Source of the DNA: Auanema rhodensis
Lineage: Eukaryota > Animalia > Nematoda
Assembly: GCA_964057225.1 (NCBI GenBank)
Contig: OZ059897.1
Span: forward strand, 14,756,001 to 14,820,000
DNA length: 64,000 nucleotides
Direction: 5' to 3'
The notes below the pieces were generated by a model. That model had not been told where the DNA came from. It searched no databases and saw nothing but the letters and a program-made list of their open reading frames with translations. Positions 1-14,788 of this stretch are shown here, in pieces. The translations under genes and the position numbers were made by a program. Positions within the stretch are counted from its first letter, which is position 1; every line of letters starts with the position of its first letter.

Positions 1-2194
<2,194 letters not shown>

Positions 2195-2329
2195 GGTTCC
2201 ATAACTTCTAAAACTTCATTTATTAGTAAGAGTGAACAATGGTTAAAACGTGGAGAAGAGATCAAAAAAAATCACAAAACCACAAAATAACGAGGTACAT
2301 AATATAAACTAAAAAAAACTAAGCACTAA

Positions 2330-3073
2330 TTATTCTTTTTTGCTCTTATTTCTGCTATTCCACAGTACAGGAAGAAGAGAAACAATAGCAAAGAAAGTAA
2401 GTAGGAGTACGGAATTCCAGCTCCAGGCAACGTTGGTATGGGTCATTTGTTCTAAAGTTGAACCAGCTTGAATATACAAGAATGATGGAGGAGCAACGCC
2501 TAAGAAAGTTCCCCAAAAAAATTTTGCAAATGGCACATTAATTACAGGACTAGCAATATTGATAAACCAGTTTGGTAATAAAGGAGTAACACGTAAGAAA
2601 ATTATGTAACTTAACAAATTTCCCCTCTGCTTGTCAACTTCTTGTTGCCAAGAGGTAATTTTTTCCGGAAAACGTTTAATCACAATATCTCGACCAAAAA
2701 GATACGACAGCATATAACAGACTCCAGCTCCTATTGCAGAACAACTACAGACTAAGGTAATTGCGATCGGAAACGAAAATAGATATCCAGAAAGAATTGT
2801 CAAGAAGATTGATCCAGGAATCGCGAATGATTGCAGTAAAATATAAACGACAACTATTCCAGAGATAACGGTGACAAAATGAAGCTCCTTGTAATGAGAC
2901 AGCACTCGGCCAAGTTTTTTAGCATCATCCAAATTTCGAGGATATTTGAAATCGTTCCTATCCGATTCTGATAACTCAGGAAAATTTGTATAAATAGTTG
3001 ATAAGGCTAGGCCAAAAGCTAATAATAGTCCTCCAGCTACAAGAAGGCGCTGTCCTGCAGTTACATTACTCAT
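2330..3073 (-). CDS. TMEM41B: TMEM41B / VTT (SNARE-associated, DedA family) membrane protein, single exon
   Basis: Uninterrupted 247-aa ORF with LQSFAIPGSIFLTILSGYLF, FLRVTPLLPNWFIN and a C-terminal KSKKE dilysine-like tail. Confidence 0.93.
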   Translation of the reverse strand: MSNVTAGQRLLVAGGLLLAFGLALSTIYTNFPELSESDRNDFKYPRNLDDAKKLGRVLSHYKELHFVTVISGIVVVYILLQSFAIPGSIFLTILSGYLFSFPIAITLVCSCSAIGAGVCYMLSYLFGRDIVIKRFPEKITSWQQEVDKQRGNLLSYIIFLRVTPLLPNWFINIASPVINVPFAKFFWGTFLGVAPPSFLYIQAGSTLEQMTHTNVAWSWNSVLLLTFFAIVSLLPVLWNSRNKSKKE

Positions 3074-3494
3074 ATCTAAAATTGGAAATTTTGAGAAAAT
3101 TGGGAAAATAGTAGCTTATAAATTCTACAAATAATTCAATAATAATTTTTTAACCAATTATTGAAGAAAATAAAAATAATAAGCAGAGCCAATTACATCA
3201 CGATAACAACAGTTAGAAAGCTTGAATTTTAATTATTATAAAGAAAAAACCACATTTTGCAGTCTACATTTCATCAGAAAATATTGGCAAAATTTCAATG
3301 CGGGGTGCATTCGACGATTATGCAATATACGCACACTCCACAAAAATTCTTCAATCCGCCCTCGAGATCATGCTTCTCGCGTAGTCATGATGTAACATAT
3401 TGCAACTTTATTTGTTATTTTATTTTTATTTTTTTGAAAATCTATATTTTTTGAAAAAATTCAACTTGTTCATATAAACACATATTATATTCAG

Positions 3495-4313
3495 ATGGAG
3501 TATAATTTCATTGGCGATGACTTTGGACCACTGTTTCATTATCAATATCGGTTTATATTAATTGGAGATTCCACTGTTGGAAAATCAAGCCTTTTGAAAT
3601 ATTTCACTGATGGACGTCCTGCTGAGATCACTGACCCCACCGTGGGCGTTGACTTTTATGCCCGTATGGTTGAGCTCAATCCTGGATATCGTGTTAAACT
3701 ACAATTATGGGACACTGCTGGGCAAGAAAAATTTAGGTTTTTTAAGATAAATATATACTATATAATTTTGCTCTTTATCAGATCAATTACTCGATCTTAT
3801 TATCGCAACTCTGTAGGAGTTATGCTCGTATACGATATAACGAATAGAGCCAGTTTTGAACATATAAATTCATGGCTTCAAGAAGCTGAAACAAATGTTG
3901 GTGGTCCAAATCCTGAAAAATGTGTTTTTCAGTTAATTGGACATAAGTCTGACTGTGGCGCAAAGCGTCAGGTTCGTGTTATCATTTCAAAATGACAATA
4001 ATTAATTGTTATTTCAGGTAGACTACGAAGAAGGAGAATACTTCGCTAAATATCATAAAATGAAATATATTGAAACTTCTGCTATAACAGGGGAAAATGT
4101 TTTAGAAGCATTTCTCATGATGGCCAATGAAGTATGATAGTTAAATAAGTATAATTATAGCAATATTTACAGGTTCATTCTCGAATAAAAGACGGTCATC
4201 TGAGAACTCAAGACGGTTGGGAAGGAATACGGAGTGGAACTATGCGTTCTCATTCAATTTGCTTATCAGATGATGTTCCATATGCTTCAAATTCCCCAGG
4301 TTGTGGATGTTAA
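3495..4313 (+). CDS. rab-39: Rab39 small GTPase, 4 exons
   Basis: YQYRFILIGDSTVGKSSLL, LWDTAGQEKFR, SITRSYYRNSVG, GHKSD, ETSA. The last exon ends PGCGC* (CxC prenylation) at 4313. Confidence 0.93.
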
Positions 4314-4768
4314 TGGAAACATAGTTTCCGACTTGTTGTACCCTTGCTTTCTCATTTTTCTTCCCAAGTCTTTTAGTCGAACGGGTAATAATCAAATGCG
4401 AGATCTAGGTTTTCACTCAGGAATGTTTAGCTTAATCAAATTCCGGTCTTTTCATAGATGCTAGTCATTTTTTTTTGTATATAATTGAATAGTTTGGGAT
4501 AATCTTTTTGCATATTTTCATTCAATAATATTTTTCATACGTACCATTAGTTTCAAGTGCTGAAAAAGTATATAAATGAATATATTTAATGAACTTTCTT
4601 AAAAAATAAATTAATTAAAACAAGGATAGTCATCATAGAAATCTGACGAATATGAACCGGATGCTGCATATACAGTAAAGTAAAGAAAAATTATATCCGT
4701 CGCCGACGGGCACCATTAGAGGTCAATCACATTCAAGGCTATTTACAAAATAAGGAATGTAATAAATA

Positions 4769-6548
4769 TTAATTATTTTTGAACAGTGGCTTCACATCCC
4801 AAATCATTACAACCCGGTTTTGTCCTACAGTAACCAGTTTACCTAATGTCTCTTGAAGATGCATAGCTGTTACTCCAGTGCGTAAATCGTGAGAAACAGC
4901 CAAAGAAGTTAAGCTATAAAAAAACTGTTAAATCTCTCTTTCTCAATATATATATATATATAAGTTCTTACTCGAATTGTTGTGGAGTATCTTGCATTTT
5001 TTTGTGACAAATGTTGCATATCCTAACAGGTAATTCATATCCCATTTTTGGAAAAACTGTCCAATTATCGCAACAAGTTCCGCATACGGCTTTTCCACAG
5101 GTACGGCAATGATGTTGGCGATTACCAAAAGCCTAAAACAAAAGTTACAATCTAATATGCAAGCTTAGGTTAAACTTTTCGTTGCCACATTGCTGCAATA
5201 TTCCAGAAGAATGGCTGCTCACAGATTTGACATTGATCGGAAGGAGCCCAGGCGGGTGTTTCAAGTCTGAATAGGAAAATTATCAAAGACTTCAAATATT
5301 CATAAACCTCGAAACATTCATATCCCAGCACACCAAACGGCCAACATCATCAGCTGAAAAGAGTCGATGAGCTCCCATTGCTGAGGATAGACGAGTCACT
5401 TTAGAGCCATGTGCACTTAAAATGATGTGATTTAACAAAAAAAATTAAATTATTCGAAAGACTTACTTAAGCTCATATGCTTCACCTCGTTTTCCACCTA
5501 TGTCCCACATAATCACCAAACTATCATGGCTTCCCGAAAAAAGAACTTCTTTTACACGATCCCAGGCAAGAGATGAAATAGATGCTAAGAGTAATATTTT
5601 TTTAATCCTGTGTTAAATGAATCTTACATGTATGAGCACTCAATTTGCTGACCAATTGAGCAGATGTACCATTCAATCGAAGAACAATTACATTTCCTCC
5701 ATGATCTCCAACAAAAATAAATGGTAAATCAATTACAAGAGCTGTGAAGCTGCTGTCCCCTTGGAAAATTCCAGATCGAGTTCCTGTCTCAGAGCAATGC
5801 CAAATAAGACTCTTATCTTTAGAACAACTGAAAACAAGTTCCGAGTCCAATGCAAGACACAACCCAGAAATTGGTCCTGAAGTATTTAGTGAGCACAGTA
5901 TTGAAAATAAGGATACCTGCATGAGCATTCCATCGCCTCTGTTCCGTCATACTGTTGTTATCTTCTGCGACAAGATACTCAAAAACATGTCCATTGAGTA
6001 GCCCAACAAAAAATCTGCAAATTAAGAAAGTAACCTTGTTCAATGATGTTATTTAAATCATTTTAATTTGAATGTTGTTACAACCGTTAATAAACAAAAA
6101 TGACTATCAAAAGATAGAACAGGCTCTTCTTTATAATCAAACATTTTCAAGCATAAAGAATTTATTTTATTGCTCAGGCAATGACTAACCTCCGGGTTTG
6201 CTCACTATAGAATAAACACGTAGGGGCAACAGGCATGGGATGATGGATAGATGGCCAAAACTGTCCATTATCTCTCTTTAAATACAGTCTAATAGAACGA
6301 TCGTCACAAACCTTAAAGTGAAATATAAATTAAGGTAAAAAAATCACTTCAAACCGTCCAAACACCTTCCTCCTTCTCCAGAAGAAAAACGTCATTTACA
6401 CGAGCTATGTGGCCATCGATTTTATGCAAGAGAACTCAAAATATCACGTTAATATAAGTCTGATTGTTTTTTAAAACTTACTTGGCTTAACATCAGCACC
6501 AATACTACTAGCTTGACTATTTGGACGCGAATTTATTACTGCTGACAT
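4769..6548 (-). CDS. wdfy-2: WD40 and FYVE domain protein WDFY2
   Basis: ATG at 6546-6548. Exons encode WD repeats ([26 protein letters not shown]) and FYVE elements ([24 protein letters not shown]). Stop at 4769-4771 after [10 protein letters not shown]. Confidence 0.9.
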
Positions 6549-7227
6549 CTGAATTGATCGATAATTAGAATTAAATGTATGCACAGTTGAAACTCGAGCT
6601 CTAAACAATTATATCTTATACAAAAATTAATGAAATTCAAAATAGTAAACGATAGCAAATCAAATCAACTAAAACATGGTAATTCTAAACACAACTAAAA
6701 TAAAATAAATGAATAAGCTCACAAATAAGGAAGAACATCTTCAGAATTATTCTTTCGGACTTTGCATTAATGCACATGAAAGTCGCAGTCTTTCGTAGTA
6801 TGATTAGTATATCTGACGTCAGTTCAAAAATATTTAGAACAAAAACGATTTGAAACATAGTATTTTCGCGTATTCTTTAACTATTACATATAGTTACTTA
6901 ATATACTAAGTGTATATCCTATAACTTTAATCAAACCTTAGATATTGTGGCTGTCGTATTCAAGTAAGTATCTAACTTGAAGACTTATTTGTTGGGATGA
7001 TATATACAATATATTATTATTAACCAAAGAAATATTACATTTTAAAATTGCTCTTTTCACATTTTTTGGTTAGTAACATTTGTGTGTTTATAATGTAATT
7101 TAATGAATCAACAACAAAAAATATTTCCTTTGGCGTCGAAGGAAACATATAATCATATAATCATGTATAGGAACTAAGGCATTCGCTGACATTAATTTGG
7201 TTCAAAATATCATACTCCTCCCGTTAC

Positions 7228-8879
7228 ATGTCGGACCGTGCAGAATGTAGCCAAGTCAAAGTGGAAATCGAAAAAAAGCCTAAGCTTGATTACAGTATTC
7301 GCTCAGTTTTGAACAGAGATGTGTTTAATCACCGGTATATATCAGATTGACGAAGATGAAGTTATGAATGGTTGTTTTAGGAAGGATTTATTGTCTTATG
7401 AAAGGAATTTAATTGAAAAACGATGGTACAATGTAGTTCGTAATCCAAAAGACCTAAGTGCTTGTCCTCTAGGATATTATTCGTGCATTGATATTGATGG
7501 TCTGGAAAATAACTAGTTAGTAATATTTGCTAGTTTCATGATATAACATAGACAACGCAATTAATAATTTTAAAAATATTACGTTTAGCTTAGTCAAAGG
7601 CTCTTCTCATGGTGATATCACATTCGTTGACATTACTGATGAATTAAACCCAGTAGTTACTGATAGTTATAAATAGTAGGAACGTTCTATATGTTCAAAT
7701 CACATTAGGAATCATGTTTAGCGAAAGTGATTTTTCGTGCACAAATGCTGATTTTATTCAATTTGGGCCAACCATGGAAACTTTTGTGTTTTCATCGGCA
7801 GACGGGTGCATCCGAGTTGGTTAATTCTGGACTCCTTATTATTTTAAGCTATTATTTAGTTGTACGATGTTACTATGAATTATCCCATTGAAGAGATTGA
7901 CATCAATAGAAACTTGAGGAGCTCTGCGATTGCTTTTGATTTCAATCGGCGTAATCCTAAAAAGCCATTACTTGCTTACGTTGGTAGGGAAGATGTGCAT
8001 ATAAGTTTCTGTGATTTTCGGTATTGAAACATAGTCTTTTATGAATGTTTTCTTTATATTTTCCAGAGCAGGAAAATCTATGGCTCATATAAAACACAAG
8101 ACGGCAATGTCTGCAATATGTTGGCAGCCTGGTGATCATGATCTCATTGCCGTAGGCGATAATGCAGGAATGTTAAGCTTATACTCCTTGAAGTAAGCAC
8201 ATGGTACTCAGCATCTGAATAATTTAAATTCTTTCAGACATACTAAGAAGCCTCTGCTTTCTGCAAAAACGTTTTATTCCCCAGTTTTAGGTATACGATT
8301 TACTGATGACGGCATTTATATGATTTTAATCGATGGTTCTTTATGTATTCGCATATTTAATGCTATTAATCTTGAACTTCAGGGAATGTTTACAATAACT
8401 GTTAGTTTCCTCTCTACTGAAACAGCCTTATTTTAGTTTTTGCAGGGCAGACATAAGATGAACCACCCTGAAAGGTTTTTAAGGAATATAAGCGTGACCA
8501 ATGAAGGCAAATTTTTAAAGATAGCAATTCCTAATAAAGACTCTTGTCTATTTATAATTATACATGAGGTATGTTTCACCCTGTTTAAGTTTATATTTGA
8601 AATGACGTATTATTGAGTTTTCAGCTGGCAATCGAACCTTTGTACCAAATTTTTACTATTGATGCAGGAGTAAGAGCTATACATTGTTGCACCTTCCGTT
8701 CTCGTTTTCAACAAGTAACCCATATCCATAGTTCTGTGCTTAATTTTTTTCAGGTTGTGACAAGTGGAATCACATCTGTTCTTTGGAATGGCAATTTGAC
8801 GGAGGAACAGAGCAAAACCTCAGTTCAGCACTTATACGTTGATGAGTGGAGCGACGAGGAAGATAATCTTCGCACGTGA
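7228..8879 (+). CDS. csa-1: WD40 protein resembling Cockayne syndrome A / ERCC8
   Basis: Spliced translation SCIDIDGLENN-LVKGSSHGDITFVD resembles ERCC8 [26 protein letters not shown] as I recall it. Contains AICWQPGDHDLIAVGD and an acidic tail DEWSDEED like ERCC8 DAWSSSDEEG. Confidence 0.7.
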
Positions 8880-11330
8880 ATTTATATCTGTACAATAGAG
8901 CACGGATATTTCATCATAAATAGCGTTTTTAGGAATGAATACAGCGAATAATTATTCGAGCATGTTCAGTCTTATTATGTGTGTACATAATTGCTATGTA
9001 CCTAAAAGCGTCAGGTATTGCGTAAGACAACAAAACGAAGAGGTCATCATGGTTCCTGCTTCGTTCTACATATCTTCTATCTATTAGTTGAATGCAGAAG
9101 CCCACTTCGCTCCTATTATCTCTTCCATATGTATCATCAGAATGTTTGTTTGGTCTACTTGATATCCTTGTGTTCTCAATGAGTTATGATGTTTTTCCTT
9201 GCACTTATCTTAGTTCTACATATCCGTACACCAGGTTGGCATTCTGTACTGGCAGGATAGCATTTAGTCTTTTGCTCTATAATAAGCCTTTCAAATTTGA
9301 AATGTTCAATTCTATTGATTTCCTAGTAAGCTTTACTTTGTATATAATATATTTATATCCAATTCATCTTTGTTCACCGTTATTAAGCTGTAACTAGCTG
9401 TCCATAATAAGCAGAACCCTGTTTGTCTCTTTCTTCTATTAGGTGCTCCGGCTCTACTAGGACATTGTATATGCAAGCCATTCTAATTTCAGTTGGCCCA
9501 TGTGTGAACGCAATTCTATTGCGTTGAGCTGTCTCTCCTTTGTATCTTCATGTGTGCAACTCATTCAACCATGCTGTCTATAAGCTTTAACTTTTCCTAC
9601 CCTTTTGGTTTCGAAGTCCTCAACAATCTTGCATGACTATATGCTGTAAAATAGCCATTTTCTATTGTTGATATATCCAATATGATGAGTATTTCTTAGG
9701 AATACTTAGTATATTGTTATTTGCTGCTTCTTTTCTTCAACACTGTCGATCCTGTTGAGCTCTTAATAAGACTATTCGAATAACTCCATATTTTCTTTAC
9801 TATTTCTCTCACATTTTGCTATATAGTTTATGTAAAAGGTCACGCTCGACAGGCAAAAGCTTGTTGTGTGGTCTTGTCTATTGTGTGTTCATTGACCAGT
9901 TCGTACATATGACGCGCTGACTTCGACAACGATTCTCGATCTTCTGTTCTAAGAATAAGAAGAAATTTCTTAACGAATGGTATTTATGTATCAACTACTA
10001 CCTTGTAGCAGCGAGACTCATCTGAATAAACAGAAAAGCGCGCTAACAATGATCATACCTCTCATTCGACACAACGATCCAACTATCTAACCAGCTAGGC
10101 CTTCAATCTAACGTCTTTCTCTGCTTCTGTATACCTTCTATCCGGAGCTTCTCAAGAGTTCCTGTTAAACTTAATGTTTAACCGGGATTTAAAACCGTAG
10201 AGTGTCTATGTTTCACTTGACTGTATCGTCCAATCTGCATTATATGTCTGAACATCATGTTTGACATATAAGATATTTATATTTTTTATCCGCTCTATAC
10301 AAAATGCGTGAGCAATACATATACGAGAGAATTTGAAATTTGACTATCTTCTTTTCTTAATATATAATAGAATTATATTTTTTTTATATATTAAAATTTT
10401 TATTTTTTCAATTCATTAAGATTAACATTGTCGGAATTTCGGCTAAATATTCACATCCAAAATATTTCTGTTCCAACTGTTTTTTAAACATTTTTTGTTA
10501 TCTTTAAACAATTAACTAATACAGCTGTACAGTCGGAAAGTCGCTAAATATTCATTTATTATCTGGACAAATATGTTATAGCTAATGCAGCAACTGGTCG
10601 CTCTCGTTTATTTTTCTTTTGTATTTATTTTATGCTTTGACAAGGATTAAATTGTGCTAACTTATGCACTATGTAAAATGGGTTTGTATAAACTTCTTTT
10701 ACTACATATCTTGTGGTAATCTTCTATAAATAAAATGATATTTTAGATCAAGAAAATAGAAGTAGTAAGATGAAGAAGTATTATGTCAATCATTTTCATG
10801 AAACATCAAATCTTCATCCGTTTAAAGTCCTTAGAGAATAATGACTATATTGTAAAATTTGATTTTGCTTATAATTTTTTCCTCCAAACATATTTAATGA
10901 GGTCTAAGTGAATTTCTTGAACTTTTTTTTGTGAATTTTCTGCATATTGAGAATATATGATTGAACAGTTTCTCTTCTAAATATTCTAGCGGCTAGTTGT
11001 GGACAATAATCGATGTTGGGGATTGCAAATTTTAATTTGAGCTTTGCCTTTTCTATCTTGTTTGATATGTAATACCTTCACCTTACCTTTATCTTCCCGC
11101 TCGACAGAATTAGTAGAGAAGAAATGTAGTTTAGACAGATCAAAAGAGATAGGAAAAGGAGGTGGTTATAAGTGAATGCTGAAGTTACTATAGGGAAAAG
11201 GGTTTCTTTTTTCGTTGTCGAGTCTTGTCGCCGTTATCAGTTTGTAATGTCATCATCATCGTAATTCGTTTTGATATTGTAACTTCTTAAATGCCGGAAG
11301 ATCGAATGAGAATGAGAGTGAACGTTGGCA

Positions 11331-11334
<4 letters not shown>

Positions 11335-11408
<74 letters not shown>
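11335..11408. repeat. (TC)37 microsatellite
   Basis: Perfect dinucleotide run seen directly. Confidence 0.98.
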
Positions 11409-11415
<7 letters not shown>

Positions 11416-14400
11416 CTTTTCCACAACCAGAGGATCGGTATTAGGTTTCCTTCTCGGAAATCCGATCTAAGTCTCTCTTCAGTTTAAGGATGCTTGTCCC
11501 ATCCGATTCATAGTTTGCAGGATCTTCTTTTTAACTGATTTAATTCTTATGAAGAACAATCAGAATGATATTCAAAAAGATGTTAAAAACCCATTATGTA
11601 TGTATCTCGTACAGATCGAATATTTCTCTTATCCTTAGTAATTGCAATGCTTTCTCATTTGATTGTTATAGATTTATATTTTCATCCATTTGAACATTAA
11701 TCTACTGTCCTTTTATTTTCTTTCTTGATACTCGATCCTTTAAATGCCTTTTATAGCAATTTTCCTTTGAAATATCGTCTTTACTTTTTTCATTTATATT
11801 CATGCTTATTCTGACTGTGCGAATCAGCTATCATCTATTCAACCTAAGGTTAATAAGCATCATCGCTTTCTTTTATTCTTTTCGAATTCCTAGAAGTCCT
11901 AGCGAAAAACTAGCTTGATAGTTATGCAGATAGACCCATCGAAATCGTGTGTTGTCATCAGGCATGCGGCCAGCCTCGATAACCTTTTGGGGACATTCGA
12001 AATTCTGATTCTTTTGGAATGATGCGAAGTGACAGGACAACCAGGCAGCCAATACGTTAACATACCAAATGTGGCTAAAGGTATCCACTGTGAATTTCTC
12101 TCTCTCCCTCTCCCTCTCTATTTCTCTCTCTCTATCTTTTTCTGTTGCTATAACTCTTCATTTACTGGCTCTTTCTTCTTTTTTTCTCTCTCATTCTCCA
12201 CATTCTCTTTTATTTTATAAAGGCAAGCATTTATTTAATCCAATTTTAAAAACTCAACCCTTTTCAATACGGATTTATACTATATGCAAAAAAAAGATTA
12301 AAACCTTGCGGTTAGCATCAGCGTCATGTCGACCTTCTTCTACAGCAGCAATAAGAGCTTTACCAAACGCCTGCTCTAGGATTCCTACTTCGTTTCTTCG
12401 TTAAAGCTTCAAGGTCTTTTCTCAGATTCTTTCTTTGTATCTGTATGCTTATCCATAATTTGTGCACTATTTTCCACTTTTTTCAAATCTTTCGCTGTTG
12501 AAAATTCGATGACTTCTCCCTTCTCAATTATCTTGAACAGCTGGTAGTAACGAGATGAAGCCTGAGATGTTCTGGCATGAGTAGATTGTCTTCATATCAT
12601 CATAACCCCACAGAGCTTATCAGAATCACTCCATTTTCTTTCTTAACTCTCCCCATATTGTTTTCTCTCATTTCTTCATTTCTCTCTAAATCTGTGATAT
12701 CTATCCTCTTCTAATGTTCTCTTCATCTCATTTGCTACAAAAGATTAAATTCAATGAGAACAGTACATTAATTTTTTTCCAAATTGCTCTTTTTGGTTTC
12801 AGAGAAGCAAACGATTTCAACATTATTCTGTACACTCTGACATTTTTTGGGAATTTAACCTTTTTTTTGTCATCAATGTTCATCTGAAATTCATTGTTTT
12901 TTTTCATGAATCTCCCCTCTCTCTCTTATATTCAAGCTGTAGCCGCTATTGGAATTTTACCATTCCATCACGTATTTTTCATTTTTTTCTCGACCTTTTC
13001 ACAGATTTGTTCTTTAGCTTTCAATATTCAAACATTACTGTCAGTTAAACATCGAAAGTAACTAATAGCTCGCAATCGTCTACTCCATTTCACAATTTGA
13101 AGATGACAAACATGACGAGTTAGGCTGCTGACATGAGACATGTCGGAAAAGCCACCTGTGCTTTTTGCTCAAATGAATTGTTATCTTGTTTTCTATTTAC
13201 TTGAATTGGAACTTTTATCTATATTTGTTCTTCTTTTATTATTTTTGAAGTAATACTTAAGATGTAAAAAGCCTAGATATACGAATATTAAAAAGCATTT
13301 TTCATAAGCTTTTGAGTTTAGGTAAAAGATTTCTATACTAACCTCTTCGTGCCAATTGTTCGTATTTCAAATGAGCTTTCATTTTGGAAATGAAGAAATA
13401 GAAGAAAGAAATTCATTCAACATCTTGGAATGCCCTATATACCAAAATTATGGTTGAAGTGCTTACTACTTGAAACATGTTGATTTGGGCCGTAGCCTTA
13501 GGCAAAAGCATCTTTTATCCTATCCACTTCTTCATATTCTTCTTCTTTTCCTTTCTCTCTATCTTATGAAAAGTCTTTTCTATGTTTCTGGATAAGAGAG
13601 GACAAGGCTTAATTGTAGTAGTCTGCTCAAATAAAGGCGAATTTTAGCGGCCCATCCATGATTCAGCTCTCACATCCCAAGCCCATCTGTGCTGCTCTTT
13701 CTCTAACTGATCTTACAAGTAAACCCGAATCTTGTTGTTCACCAATTAAAAAACAGAATGGGATTGTGTTCTCACACTAAACGTTCGAAAATTCATTAGC
13801 ACAAATGAATATAACCAATTCTTTTGTCTAAATACCTATTTAAAAATATTTTTTTCAAACTTGCCAACTATTTTCTGCATATTTAGGTTCAGGAAATACA
13901 AGGAAGTTTAGATGTAAGACCATGCCGACAATCATGTTGTGCGGTCAGTTGAACTTCCGTTCTGATTCAAAATAAAGATGTCGAGAATCAAAGAGAGGGA
14001 GAGAGAGAGCAAGAGAGAAAGGGTGGTTGGAGTTATTCTGTCGGTACTTGCTTAGCATGTGACCGCTTCCTGTGTTCTGCCCGATGTCTAACCTCTTTAT
14101 AGAGCTCGAAGAAAAGTCATTCAATTGAACAGGCCAAGCATCTAAGCACCAGCTCAAGTCTAGTTGTCCTTACTCATTAATCTTTCGTCATTATGAATTA
14201 ATCATAATATTTCTCTTATATTTGATTGATTTTTACAGAATATTTTAGAAATTACTTTAAAATCATATATACCTTTTAACTATTTGCAATATTTATATTC
14301 TATTTAGCTAGAAAAAAAGTTTATAAGCTTAAGTTGAGTTTAAGTATAGTAAAAGCTTATAATATTCAATATTTCTTTGTTTTTTCTATTTTAAAATATA

Positions 14401-14766
14401 TTCTTCTTACTTCAAACCAATTTTATTTCTTTAACTAACTTTTTCTTAATTTTAATTCAGCTAAATCTAGTAAAAGCTGAATTAATCAAACAAAAAGAGA
14501 AATGAGTTTAGAAATAAAATGAAAAAAAGAAAGAAATGAAATGTTTTAGAGAGAGTAAAAGAGAAGTAGAGAATAAAATAGATAAATGGTGAGATAGCTA
14601 TGAAGCAAAACGCCTGTAGAATGACAAAGCTGTTGAATGTGGGTTAACATTCTATGCATGTTAGGCTGTTAATTGCGTTTCCAAGTCACCTCAATCCTTG
14701 TTTAGGCTTTCTATTTGTCTCGTACTCTAGTATAATCCGCTAATTTTGTGTTGAGAGAGAGAGGGA

Positions 14767-14788
14767 GGGGGGGGGGGGGGGGGGGGGG
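14767..14788 (+). repeat. G22 homopolymer (G-quadruplex-capable) preceded by a GA-rich run
   Basis: 22 consecutive G seen directly. Confidence 0.95.
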
